Source: Phoronis australis (lineage: Eukaryota; Animalia; Phoronida). From it: a stretch of 64,000 nucleotides of DNA. The stretch is taken from the NCBI GenBank assembly GCA_002633005.1, contig NMRA01000143.1:5402-69401 (forward strand). Direction: 5' to 3'. The notes below the pieces were generated by a model. It was given only the letters and a program-made list of their open reading frames with translations, did no database searches and was not told the DNA's origin. Positions 52,029 through 64,000 of the stretch are shown piece after piece (within the stretch, counting starts at the first letter, position 1; the number at the start of each line of letters is the position of its first letter). A program made the translations under genes and the position numbers.

Positions 52029-53990
52029 TTACATGAAAGCGATATTGAAAACCTTCATGATGTTGTTTTGTTCCCCTCCAACATCGCGGCAAGTGACAAG
52101 AAGGCGGTCGTGGGTGTCAAATGTGATGGCATAGGGTGCGTGTATGTCCTGCTTTGACAATACAACGCGATGAAATTTCCCATCAGGAGTGAGTGAGAAT
52201 ATTTCATCATTTTCAAAGCTTGCAACATAAATAAAATCATGTTTGTCCACACACACACCTTTAATATCACCTACAGTGGTAGAGTATTTTGTAACTAAGT
52301 CATCATGTTTATCTATGATAAATACTGCATTTTGTTTCATGTCTGTTACAATGATATCGTCCCTGCTATTTACTGCTGCACGCAGGGGACATTCAAACAG
52401 CCTTTTCCCCTCCTTGTCTTTTTCTAACTCCCACTCCAACACCCCATCAGGTTTGTACAGTCGCACACTTGCAGACAAGAAATTAAAATTTTCAAAGGTC
52501 ACTACTATCTGGTTCTTGGAGGTCAGTGCCAGACCTAGAGCACGTCGACGGTTTTCCAATAGAGCAATGTGTTTGTCTGTAGAGAACGTCTTAACACCCG
52601 CTCCACAACTGACCATCACACCGCCATCTGGCAAATGAACAATATCATTTGCCCTTAAAGATTTTTGATAACCACCAAATGAACGAAAGCCAAACGACCT
52701 AACACGACGTGGAGCTTCATCATCATCTTCAAATGTATACATTACACTCACAAGTGCAGTTCCACATTCTTCTTGAATGCTGTATTTCTTCACCGTATTA
52801 TTGTGATTATCCACCGCCAGTATGTCACCACTGGGGTGAACACTCAGCCCTGTAATATCACCCACATTTTCTTTACCTGGCATATAGGTTTGCCTATACA
52901 GCACGCACTGAGCCACACCATCCAGCATGGCGCTGACCTTCCTGACGTCATCAGCTGCGCACTGGGGGTACGTGGGAACATATCGTAGAACAAAGGGCTC
53001 TGGAGCACTTGGACTTTCATTGTCTATTTCACTTTCCTGAAATTCTTTCATCAACATTTGTTCTAACTGCAACGCCTCTGTCGGCGTACTGTAAGAAATG
53101 GTTTTTGATAGTTTTTGCCTTAGATTTGCGAGACAGGTTGATTCTGTTTGGATTGTCATTTTGAGCTCATTTCGTTTTGCCTGATTCCTGGCGTGTATTT
53201 TGCGCAGATCTTGGGTGTTACTTTCGATTAATTTTTCCATCAACGTTCGAAAATAGTTTTTAATTGCCTGTTCTTCCTCTGACAAAGTGTTGCTTGAAAT
53301 ATCGTCGTTCTTCTCGATCTTTTCTCTAATCTCTTTCAATGTCTTCAACTTATTATCGACCTTGTCTAATATTTGACTGAGGTTGCTCTTTGCCGTCTCG
53401 TGTGCCACGCTAATCTGACAGCGGCTTTCGTCACTGTGACGACAACAGGCCAAGTTCACACAGTCTGTACACAACAACAGTTTGCATTCCTTGCTGTAGT
53501 ATTTGTATCTCTCGTTGTGTTGCGCGCACTTGGAACTCTGGAGTGCTCTGATTGCTTCATCATGTTTGCCTTCACGGAACTCGACAAGGCTGACTATGTT
53601 ATGTGACGCTGTGTGTAAGCGATGGTTCTCTTCACACGTTGCACACAACCGCTTTCCCTCGCACGTAATACAGATGAAAGTGGGGGCCACGTTGTGGCAG
53701 TATGAACAAGGATGATCCGCTTTATGCTGTTCTAAAAGATCCACCAGATTCTTGATCATGACATTACATGCAATCCCAACAATGCCATCCGGCGGAATTT
53801 CCATTTCGTGTCTGCAGTACGGGCATGGGTATTTGCCGTGTTCGAGCCGTTCTTCGCTATCATTCTGGAGACATTTCAAGCACAAGCTGTGTCCGCAGGG
53901 CAACGTTCTCGGTTCTCTTAAGGTCTCAGTACAGATGCAGCATTCCAATATCCCATCGTCAACGATAGTGTCTCGAAGGTTTTTCGCCAT
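52029..53990 (-). CDS. TRIM-NHL-like E3 ligase paralog 3, 653 aa, single coding exon
   Basis: Same RING/B-box/coiled-coil/NHL layout as 20435-22309, collinear but clearly diverged; acceptor ttttgtag just upstream of ATG. Confidence 0.93.
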   Translation of the reverse strand: MAKNLRDTIVDDGILECCICTETLREPRTLPCGHSLCLKCLQNDSEERLEHGKYPCPYCRHEMEIPPDGIVGIACNVMIKNLVDLLEQHKADHPCSYCHNVAPTFICITCEGKRLCATCEENHRLHTASHNIVSLVEFREGKHDEAIRALQSSKCAQHNERYKYYSKECKLLLCTDCVNLACCRHSDESRCQISVAHETAKSNLSQILDKVDNKLKTLKEIREKIEKNDDISSNTLSEEEQAIKNYFRTLMEKLIESNTQDLRKIHARNQAKRNELKMTIQTESTCLANLRQKLSKTISYSTPTEALQLEQMLMKEFQESEIDNESPSAPEPFVLRYVPTYPQCAADDVRKVSAMLDGVAQCVLYRQTYMPGKENVGDITGLSVHPSGDILAVDNHNNTVKKYSIQEECGTALVSVMYTFEDDDEAPRRVRSFGFRSFGGYQKSLRANDIVHLPDGGVMVSCGAGVKTFSTDKHIALLENRRRALGLALTSKNQIVVTFENFNFLSASVRLYKPDGVLEWELEKDKEGKRLFECPLRAAVNSRDDIIVTDMKQNAVFIIDKHDDLVTKYSTTVGDIKGVCVDKHDFIYVASFENDEIFSLTPDGKFHRVVLSKQDIHAPYAITFDTHDRLLVTCRDVGGEQNNIMKVFNIAFM

Positions 53991-56419
53991 TGTATCACAG
54001 ATCTACAAAAATGTGAACCTGTTATTCATTTCATACATGCAAGACATGTTTTCCAACATCAAAGTTAACAACGCTCTGTTTGGAGGCCCAAAGATGATAT
54101 CACATTCTTTATGACAATTGCACAATTTCAAACGTTTGAACACGAGTCAAAAACGTTTCCACACGTTTGGTACGAACAGCATTTTCACCAGGCAGTTGTG
54201 TAATATGGTCGAGTCCACTGTCGTCTTGTAAGGCGCTGAATGCGGTATGAATATTTGGGTACGATGTATCTTCAATAACTGATCGGTAGAACTTGTACAG
54301 GCCAAAATAAAGTTGCCACAAGAGGGTGGCACAGTAGTGGGATCTGTTCAAAAATCGCCGTCAGCCATACATGCCAATTTTAAGACTGATCCTTAAATTT
54401 TTGGTTGAAAGGGAGACAGACATCAACAACCAGTCTAGAAAACAGTAAAAACAACCACTAGGTGGCGCATAGTGCGTCCAACCCGAAAACGAGAAAGCCG
54501 TCTCCATACTAGATACGTAATTGCCAAATTTCATGAAAGGAAAAAGAAAAAAGATTGCATTCCCAATAGGAAGCGCAGTGGTACACATGCAACAATTTTC
54601 ATTCTCATCCTTAGTGCAGTTTGACTGATATAGTCGGATACTAAAAACACATACCAATTTTCGGATCCTTAGAGTGATTTGGCTGATAGAAAAGCAGACA
54701 TCAACAACTAAACTCTATAAAGGTGAAAACGGTCACTACAAGTGGCGCAGATTAAGTTTTGTCTGTCCAAAAAAGCGAAAATGGTGATGTCTCTTTAATA
54801 ACGGGCCACCTGCGGGAATGCCGCCTAAGGGCGATATAGTGAAATAACAGGACACGTGACCACATAGTTGCAGACGAAAACTCTTGTTGTTATTATGAAA
54901 AATGACAGAGAGCAGTGGAAGCCGCCATTGTAATTGCATAGTTAACGGACATATCTTAACTAAAACTGGCTAATCGCCAACTTGGCCTCTAGCTTTCAAA
55001 TCTTGGGAGACCGGAATTTTTAGTGAAAGATAGTTGCGATACTAACATGAAGAACGGAGTCGCCCCTTTAAAAAATGTTTTATTTTCGTATACAAACGAA
55101 TTAAAAAAAGATCATTAAATTTATGAAAAACTAATCTTGCCTTGCCAATACATAAGACATGCACAGCATATTCTGCGTTCGACTTCAATCATGGTCTCCC
55201 GACACGGTCCCAGTCAAGAGACAACCACCATGTTCAGAGGATTCAACCCCCCTTCGGGACAGGATCAAAAAAAAAAAATAAAAATCGCCGCCACGAAAGC
55301 GAAATTTGTTACTAAAGACCAAAAATCCCTCCCGACCTCCTCTCTGCTCGGCGTTGCGCGCCTCGGATTCGCACGAATCCTAACCCTCCCGCTTACTGAA
55401 AACGTACATGTAGATCTGCCACTGTAAGTGTTCAGATATGTGCTCAAACATCGAGCATGCTGCGCATAGGCCTGTTTAACTCAACATACAATCGCCTCGG
55501 TCCCAGGTATAAACTGGTGGTCAGGTCACACTTTCAGTCAAATATTCCATTTTCTTGCGATAAAACTCAACCAAATACAAGTAAAATAATAAACCATTGT
55601 CTGCTTTTTTCTAATGATACCAAATTCATCTTCTACATACAATCGTATTTGTAAAACATTACTCAGAAAACGTCAAATGAGATTAACAAGACCTCACTCT
55701 GAACTCATCGACAACTCAACTTGTGTCGACTCCTCTCTTGTTGGCCATCATACCTAGGTCCGGCAAATAACGGTTGTACTTCATTTTAGGGGCGACCATC
55801 AGTCTATATACGTCCTCAAATTCAAGTGCTGACACCATATAAACTCATAAAAAAAAAAACAATTTCACGGGAATTGTTTTAAATACAATAACGATATCGT
55901 TATTGTATAGACTGTAACAGGAAAACCTTCACAATGTCTTCTCTGCTGTCTGATCTTTCTTGAACTTCTTGATGTGTCATGCAGGTTTAAAGTTATTTTT
56001 ACTGGAGAATTAGTGCACTTTATGCAGTGCCCCCTGTCGGTAAGCCGAAGACTCCAGTGTTCACCATCCAAGAGTTTTGAAACGAGCGAGCGCGCTTGTT
56101 TTTTCTGATTGCACGTTATGTGTTCTGGGTGTTTGCAGTGTCTGCCCTTCCAGGGATCTGAAGCACAGGCTACAAAACGCCGCATAATGAATGGAACAAT
56201 ATGTTAATTTCGTCTCTCAATGTCCGTACAGCGTGCAGACGTTGGCCTAGGTAGATATCCATTACAAATGTATTGTTGTGAGAGGTCACCAAGCTTTTGA
56301 AGATAGTCAGACAGTTGAAAATCTCGCTTTGCGATTTTTTTCGAATATTCTCTCTACACAGTGACTGACTGCGACTCGTGTTGCTTAATAACAATAAATA
56401 CAGACGCCGATTTTCTTTC

Positions 56420-59400
56420 CAATTGACCTATCGCAAGCTCCGCCCCTTGCGAAAAGTCACGTGACGCCCGACAAACAAAGACGTCAGAGGCAAATACATT
56501 GTTGCTAGACGTTATTCCTGGTGGAATCGACGAGCATTTTTTGAACTTTCCGAAAACGCTTCCACAAAGACAACAGGAGATGTTTTTCAGATGAGAATCG
56601 TACGTTCATGATTTGGGAATTTGTAAAAGCAACGACGAAAAATAAGTGTTCGAGGAAAAGTATTTCGGAGCCAGCGAAAACCCGAAGAATCCCATACGGG
56701 ATTCACCTTCGATCACCTGAAAAACTGACTAGGCCACTGATACGATATGTTCATGTAAAGCTGGATATGTACCTTAAAGTCGAATCATCGGTACATTGCC
56801 ATAGATTTCAGGATATTTCGAACAAAATCAGTGAAGATTCGCACCGATAGTTTTATTCTACCGCCTGCTAAATTCTGCCAAATGAAAATTAGGTCACTAT
56901 TAGTGATGGGATTCAGTCGGTCTAGTCGATGTCATTTTTAATCTTCAAGCGAAATATTTTGATTTAAAAAATCAGGTTCATAGCTCAGGCACATACTCAT
57001 CTTTCTCTAGGCAAACAGTTAGCTCCGGTAGACCTAGGGCTTTTTCCAAGTCAAAATTATGCATGGAATTGGCCGTAATTCAGTGCACCATACGGATATT
57101 TAAGTTAGGCCAACCTTCTGATGAACTTCACATTTTTTGTAGTTCTTTTACACAAAGGTAGCTTTTATTTAATTTTAAACGTAGCATGATCACAGAGCTG
57201 TGGTATGGTAACAAATATGACAAGACTGTTCCACATGAAGTGGCAAAAAGTGGTCATTTACAAAAATAACTAAAAATGTTTTTAAAGCTTCATAAATCCA
57301 AGTACCATGTTTGATCAACTATAAAGTGAGCTCTCCCTAACTCTGCAGGCATAGTGTATACTAGAAGTTCTCAACAAAAAGTAATTCAACTGTTTATTTT
57401 TTCTTCACAACAGCTCGAACGAGGCTTTGAGTTCAGTAGTGCCCCTTTCCATGTGCCGATCGAATCTGTCACTTTTCATGAGAAGTTCAGTTGAACGCCA
57501 TCCTACGGGTATGTGAAAAACAAAAAATGTACCTATGCTACGAAACAGAACAAATTCCATTATACGGGGGAATAAATGAAAAATAATAAAACTGTCCTTA
57601 AAAACAACAACTTCCAGCGACCCTGGAGCTACCGCTAGTCACGCTGGGACTGGATCCAGCAAATGCTGAGACAAAGGCTCCTAGACGAGTGAAATTCGGG
57701 AGACAAAATCAGATAGGGCAACACTAAAGCCACCAAACTGAAAAGTACATGTCTTGGAACTAGTATATTTGTGTTTAACCTTCAAGTAATCCAGCAGCAT
57801 TGTCAAGTTTAGCTGCTCGTGTGGCCGTCCACACAGTTTCATACATCGTTTACACAATCGACATCACTTTTCGGATTAGCTAGGAGATGCCCAAAAATGA
57901 CGGGATATTCTTCTCGAGTTGTATAACGGCTGTCAGAACGGGGCTATTCGGAGAATTCTCCTCGCGATGTCGCTGCTGTACTAGTGGTGATTAAATTGCG
58001 CATGCGTGGCTGTCTGCATGTAAACAACTGGTAAAAGATGGAATTTTTATCAAAATACGTTGTCGCGCTAAGCCTTGTTACTGCTAATTTCCCTGGTGCA
58101 AGTCTTCGACAGGTGGCCAGAAATTCACAAAAGACCTAAGGTTACTATATTCGTGGACAATTACGGTCAACAGGGTCAACTAACTGACAAAATGTGTGTG
58201 GATGCTGAAGCCCCGTGTGTGCTCTATGTCTATGACTATGCAGTTCCATTCGGAGACTACAAAACATTACTTGGTAAGTTTTTAGCAATCAGTTTCTATC
58301 AACATCGTTCGGTGATGTTATCCCCACCAGTTACCCCACTGAATAACAGTTTTATTGAGTGGAACTAAGTGTTTCTTTTTGGAAGCTCACCCGATGCCGG
58401 GTAGGCTAGCAGCACATCTTCATATTGGCCTGGGTGGGACAGTGCTCCCAAAATAAGAGGTGTATGGTACGTGATGCACAGAAGTCAAGAGTGACTTTTT
58501 CACAGCAGTTTCTCTTCAAAACTATGCTCTTTCCAATAAAATTCTCTAGATGAGTGAGTTTCCTTATTTTATCGTGGACCCCACCCCCAGGACCACCAGC
58601 TCAGTTATCGAATTAACTTGAATAAGCCTTAATTCAGTAAATGTCGTAACATTGCATTGGAAAAAAATTGACACCTAGAATGAATTTTACTTGTTGAGAT
58701 CAGAAGCACATTTTAAGTGTCATGAAAAATACACATTGTTAAATCACTTTTAGCCTGTTTCACATATTTTTATGCAGTTATTAAATAAGACTTGGGTACA
58801 AAGGTTATTAGTTTCTACACATAAACATGAAGATGAAATGTCAAGTATGTTCTGCCTTACAAAAGTAGTTTTGTCTTGCCTTTTCTTTTACAATTTGCTA
58901 ATATTTCTATTCTGTTACAGGCAAGAAAAAAACAACTGAAATCAACCGCCTGACCATCTATTTCACCGTTGGCCAAAGTGAAAAGCAATCCTTCAGCAAT
59001 AACCTGAGAGAATTGAACGTAATTCAGTAATTCAGCACCTGATATGCCTGATTATGGACTCCCTCGCAATGTTTCTTTCTGTGCTTTTTCAGTTTGCCAT
59101 TTGTTTTTAAATACACTGATAATTGTTTATTCTCGAATCTTGTGCATAGCAGCTAGCTACAATTGAAAACATACAATTAAGACAATCGATGCAGTCACTG
59201 AATGTCATTTCCCAATAATCTGTACCAAATTGAAAAGTTTTTACCAATAGTATAAAGCCTTTCTTTTGAAAGGAAAATTTAATGTCACTCAGCTTTTGGC
59301 TTTCATTTCACTGGGTTCTAGTTTCAATGGCCTATAGAAGCGCTTGTAAAAAAGGTCCAGTTTCAACACGTGGCTTTCTTTCATGTAACCTCATTCAGCC

Positions 59401-62400
59401 TCAATAACATCCACAATTAGACCCTTGAAGGTAAACACAGCAGCATATCACTTGAATCGTTTTGAGCCCAAAATCAGACTCTGAACTAGACCAGAGTGTG
59501 ACTAGGTCTTCTTTAGCTTCAGTCCCTCATGTTTCTTCCAGGAAAGGAAATAAGCTATTGTCCACACATGACTCATTGCCTATGAAAGGGCATCCTCACC
59601 AACAAGGCTTATTTGTGTAGCAGTCAGATATAGTTCGTCTGGATACACAGACAGTCCACTGGCACATTGTCTTATGGTAACTTAGTACTGCGATTCACAT
59701 TTCTCCAGGGCCACTGACTTGCACATTGTGCCATGCAGCACTGCTGGTGTGTGGAAGTGCTGTGGGAAGAGAACGGAGTAACAAAGCTTGTCTATGATAC
59801 AGCTTGAAGTGGCCTTAAAATGTCACTGAACCTGGAACAAATATTGAAATATGAATAATTAAGTACTCCAGATTGGATCAAAAATGTTATCCCTGTTTTT
59901 CAAAAATATATGGTGATTGGTCTACAGTTTCACATAAAAGTAAATAATTACTATTTTCAGAAACCAAGGGTGTATATAATGAGTATTGCATAAAACTGTG
60001 TCTTTATTTTTTATCCCTAGCCATAACAATTCTTTAAACGCATCACTCGTCTGTAAAATATACAAGTTTTTTGAGACAACTTTAAACCTTTGTTACCCAT
60101 TTTCAAGCCTTTTAATTTTGATACTTTCAGCAATTTTAAACTCAGATTACAGGTTCATAGGTCTGTCAAGCATACTTCTAGACTAAGGTTGAGGGAACCG
60201 TTTCTCAGACTAATTTTAATTTTTCTTCTAATAGAAGATATGAAGACTTGGGTCATTTAAAAATGATGGATAATCTTTCTGTTGTTTAAGAGATCTAGTA
60301 ATTACAAATCGTAAGGCACAATCAAAAATGCAATTTTCACAAAAATGGCAGTCATTTGAATTTATAACGACTTGCAACATTTCCAGGCATGAGCTAAGGC
60401 TATTCAGTCACTGTGAATTCGGAAAATGTAATATATATTCGTGGTTTTACAATTGATACAAGTAGCAAAACAGTTTCATGAAATAAACTTGAAGGGACTT
60501 CGTGAAGGTTAAGAATTACCTCACCATGCTCTTTTCCCCAGACATGTATTACCTGTTACTTCCACACATTCAGTTGTACCAAATATTACAACCCCCCCAT
60601 GCCAATCCCCCTCGGGACCTCAATAAGTAATTTAACAAAATGACTTTAAAAATAGCTGTTCCTTTTCAAAGGCTTTGTTCGTTGTCTCAAATATTGAAAG
60701 TAGGCTTTGACAACAGATCTGTACTGGATGGGAAGATGTTGTTGGTTAGCTGCAGTCAAATGCTAAAAACCAATTTTTGTCCATTCAGGGACGGTGCAGA
60801 AGCTATGCATATCTCCTCTGCACGGTACAAGCCTTCAAACCTAAAAACCAAAGTTTACGTGAAAACTGACGTGATAGATTTTCATTTCAACGTGTAATAG
60901 ATTTCCAGAAGACATGATAGGGAGAAAACAAATAGTCTAATGCAATGGATATTTATCACTCACGTACCCTTTGCCATTGGGATTGGATTGTAATCTTAAC
61001 TCATTAACCTGTATCGAGTTGACAGCATAAACATTCAGCATTGATTGATGTAACTATCACTGATAAACTTTTAGAAATCTTTCCAAACAATAATAATGCT
61101 TTGATGTACGAAAAGATCCCCATTGCTACGTCAAGTATCGTATCACATATCACAATATATAAAGATTAACCAGACTCTGGCTGGCGACTGACTGCCACGA
61201 AGTCGACATCGGCGAGTGCCTCAGTTAACAGGCATCGGTAGAATAATTATGGAATAATCGTAAAAATAATCACAAACCTTACCTTTGTATGAGGTTGTGC
61301 TTACTTCCTCTCTTAGAAGCACCCTTTTTACGCAATCTCAGATTCAGTTGGCACGGCTGCAAGCCATTTCACCGTGTATTTAAAGGGCTCGCGAAATCGA
61401 GGCTGTTAATCTATCACCACTAGTACACGCACGCCCTCTAGTTATTATAGATTTTCCGAATAGCCCCACTACACACTCCATATCAACACCGTTTCACCAT
61501 TCTTACCGCACGATTTTTTTAGCTATTTAATAATTGACTAAAGTAAGCTTTACCGACAGCGTGTTGTTGTCTGGTAAAATGGCGGCTTAGAAACGCAGAC
61601 GAAGGTGTGTCAAGAATGCTGCGTTCTGATTGGTCAGTTAAGCCGTCAGTCAAAATCCTGGCGATAGGTCATTGACCTATCGCAAGCTCCGCCCCTATGC
61701 GAAAAGTCACGTGATACCCGACATTCGAACGAGATGTCAGAGGCAAATACACTGTCGCTAAACGACGTTCCTGGTGGAATCGATGGGTGACGATGAAAAA
61801 ATAAGTGCTCGAGGAGCCAGCGAAAATCGAAAGTCGAAGAACCCCTCGGCCTCGGGGCCACCTTCACCTGACAAATGACAAGGCCACTGATACGATATGT
61901 TCATGTAAAGCTGGGTATGTACCTTAAAGTCGAATTATCTGTACGATTCCATAGATTTCATGATCTTTCGAATAAAATCAGTGAAAATTCCCCGATATTT
62001 TTATTCTGTCGTCTGCTAAATTTCGCCAAATGAAAAGTAGGTCACAACTGATGGAACTCCTGGAGTAAAGTAGGTCATAGATTACAGACAACGCATGCAC
62101 TATAGTGTCTGACAAGGTCGACTCGATAGCACTGTTTACGCTTTTCTAATCTTGTGACGAAATATTTTGATCAAAAATTCAGGTTCATAGCTCAGGTATA
62201 CACTCATCTCGTCCTGGCCAAACAGTTAGCTCCGGTAGGTCTAGGGCTGCATAAGTAAAAATAATGTGTGGAATTCAGTGGAGGATCTAGAATACCACAG
62301 GGGGGGCAACATATCATGTTGCCTCGTGGAATTGGGCAAAGTGCAATTGTATGTGCACAGGCGGCCCGAAAGTTGCAGGGGCCAGGGATGTAGACTGTTG

Positions 62401-63590
62401 GACCTTCTGTTCAGAAAATCTATCGGTGGACTAAAAAAACAGGAACACGACACCGCCGCGATCTGGGGTCTGAGCCCCCCTCTTCCGCTACCGGTCCTAG
62501 TTGCTGAACTCAATATTTCCTCACGCTCTTGCTGTTTCATTTTGATTGCGGCAGCCAAGGGGGGGGGGGGGTGGGGCCCCCCTAAATCCGCCTATAGAAT
62601 TGTCCGTTTGCACCATTAAGACATTTAAATTAGGCCTACCTTCTTATGAACTTGGCATGTTTTGGAGTTTCATTCCATAAAGATAGCTTTCATTTAATTT
62701 TGAAGGTAGCATGATCACTAAGCCGTGGTATGGTTACAAAAGATTACAAGTCTGGTGTGGTAGTTGCAAAAATAGGGTATTTACAAAAATAACTCAAATT
62801 CTTTTAAAGCTTCATAAATCTAAATATCATGTTTGAACAACTTCAAATTGAGCTCTCTCTAACTCTCCAGACATAGTGTATACTAGAGGTACACGTGAAA
62901 AAATAATTCAACAGTTTGACAACAGCTCGACCAAGGCTTTGAGTCATTCCGCAGTAATCAGTACCCTTCCCTGTGCCGATCGAATCTCTGAATTTTGACC
63001 TGGAGAGAAGTTCAGCTTACGGTTTATGAATAACAAAAATGTACCTCTGATACGAAACAAAATAATGTCCATTAGGTTGAAATAAATGAAAAAACATAAA
63101 ATAAAATGTCCCTTGAAAACAACAATTTCGGGGACTACCGCTAGAGTGCTGAGATCCAGCAAGTGCCAAGACAAAGGCGGCCAGACGTAGTCAACTCGGG
63201 AGTCAAAATCTGAGATAGCCCTGCACCATAGCCACCAAGCTGAAAAGTGCGTATCTTGGAACTAATATATTTGTGTTTATAATAGCCTTCGAGTTATCAA
63301 GCAACATCGATAAGTTCAACTGCTCGTGTGGCCGTACACTTTGATCTATAGTTTACGCTTTTCAACATCATTTTTCGGCTTAGGACATGCCAAGAAATGA
63401 CGGGATATTATTCTGGAGCAGCACAACGGCTGTCGGTGCTACACAAGTCATATCAACACCGTTTCGTGACAATTTCTTGACCTATATACTAAAGTAAGTT
63501 TTACTCGACTGCTTGTGGTTTGTCGGGTAAAATGGTGGCTTGGAAACGCAGACGAAGGTAAGCCAAGAATGCTGCGTTCTGATTGGTCAA
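56420..63590. repeat. Two diverged tandem copies of a ~1.7-1.9 kb unit (56420-57939 + 61468-61640, and 61670-63590)
   Basis: Shared blocks such as attgacctatcgcaagctccgcccc, aggccactgatacgatatgttcatgtaaagctgg and gaaacgcagacgaaggt..aagaatgctgcgttctgattggtca. Confidence 0.85.
57940..61467. mobile_element. Decayed ISL2EU-like DNA transposon: spliced THAP remnant (+) convergent with a SAP + YqaJ/lambda-exonuclease remnant (-)
   Basis: TIR GGGGCTATTCGGA.AAT..TGTACTAGTGGTGAT; 2-bp TSD AC supported by the empty site near 63435; + YC*FPWCKS..KFTKD..W..RVCS|..LKSTA*PSI; - QLNLRLRKKGASKRGSKHNLIQR, SGLSVYPDELYLTAT..LVGED, VFTFKGL..KLDLFY. Confidence 0.75.
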
Positions 63591-64000
63591 TAGCAGAGTT
63601 GCAACCGAATCGATTTAACGATTGCGCATGTCCGGAAATTAGGGTGCGCAAAGGCTATTGGGATTGATAAGGGTAAATGGAATGGCCGATTGGTTTGCAT
63701 GACGTGTGATTTGTGTGCATTAAACTACGCTGCTGTATGCAATTCTGCCGCTATTCGCCCTAATAAGCGCCCATGCCCCAACAAGTGCCCCAACGCGTTT
63801 TCAGACTTTGTTAAAGTAAGCGCCCAGCCCATGAACTACATGCGAAAAATGCCCTTACCTACAGTTCTAACGTCGCAGTCCAATTTATCAATTGAAAGAT
63901 CCGACAGTCCTGAATTTGTAGACCACGAGCCTCACCGTTATGTCCGTATACACTTCAAACTTACGCTGCGATTCAAAAAGAACGCAGAAGTTTCGCTGCT

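Overview
Intron-containing animal genomic DNA, probably a marine invertebrate (inferred from repeat content), from a draft assembly with two long N gaps and several single-'n' joins, most flanked by duplicated sequence. Left to right: two exons of an SLC6 neurotransmitter:sodium symporter gene (+); a 5'-truncated, intron-containing UPF1 copy (+, ~6.6-16 kb) whose first two helicase exons carry a stop and frameshifts while its last five exons and a poly(A) signal are intact; and three single-coding-exon RING/B-box/coiled-coil/NHL-type TRIM genes (-), two of them inside a ~22-kb-offset segmental duplication. The rest is transposon-rich: L1/Tx1 and CR1-like LINE relics, Penelope-like relics (two carry minimal hammerhead ribozyme motifs), a THAP-bearing Kolobok, a THAP + YqaJ-exonuclease ISL2EU-like element, MITEs, a tRNA-derived SINE and satellites. 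No prokaryotic system or CRISPR array is present. The best candidates for new biology are the half-decayed UPF1 copy with a preserved SQ tail and tandemly repeated in-frame splice acceptors, and the diversifying TRIM-NHL cluster with an ISRE-like motif. All calls come from manual reading; no database search was run.
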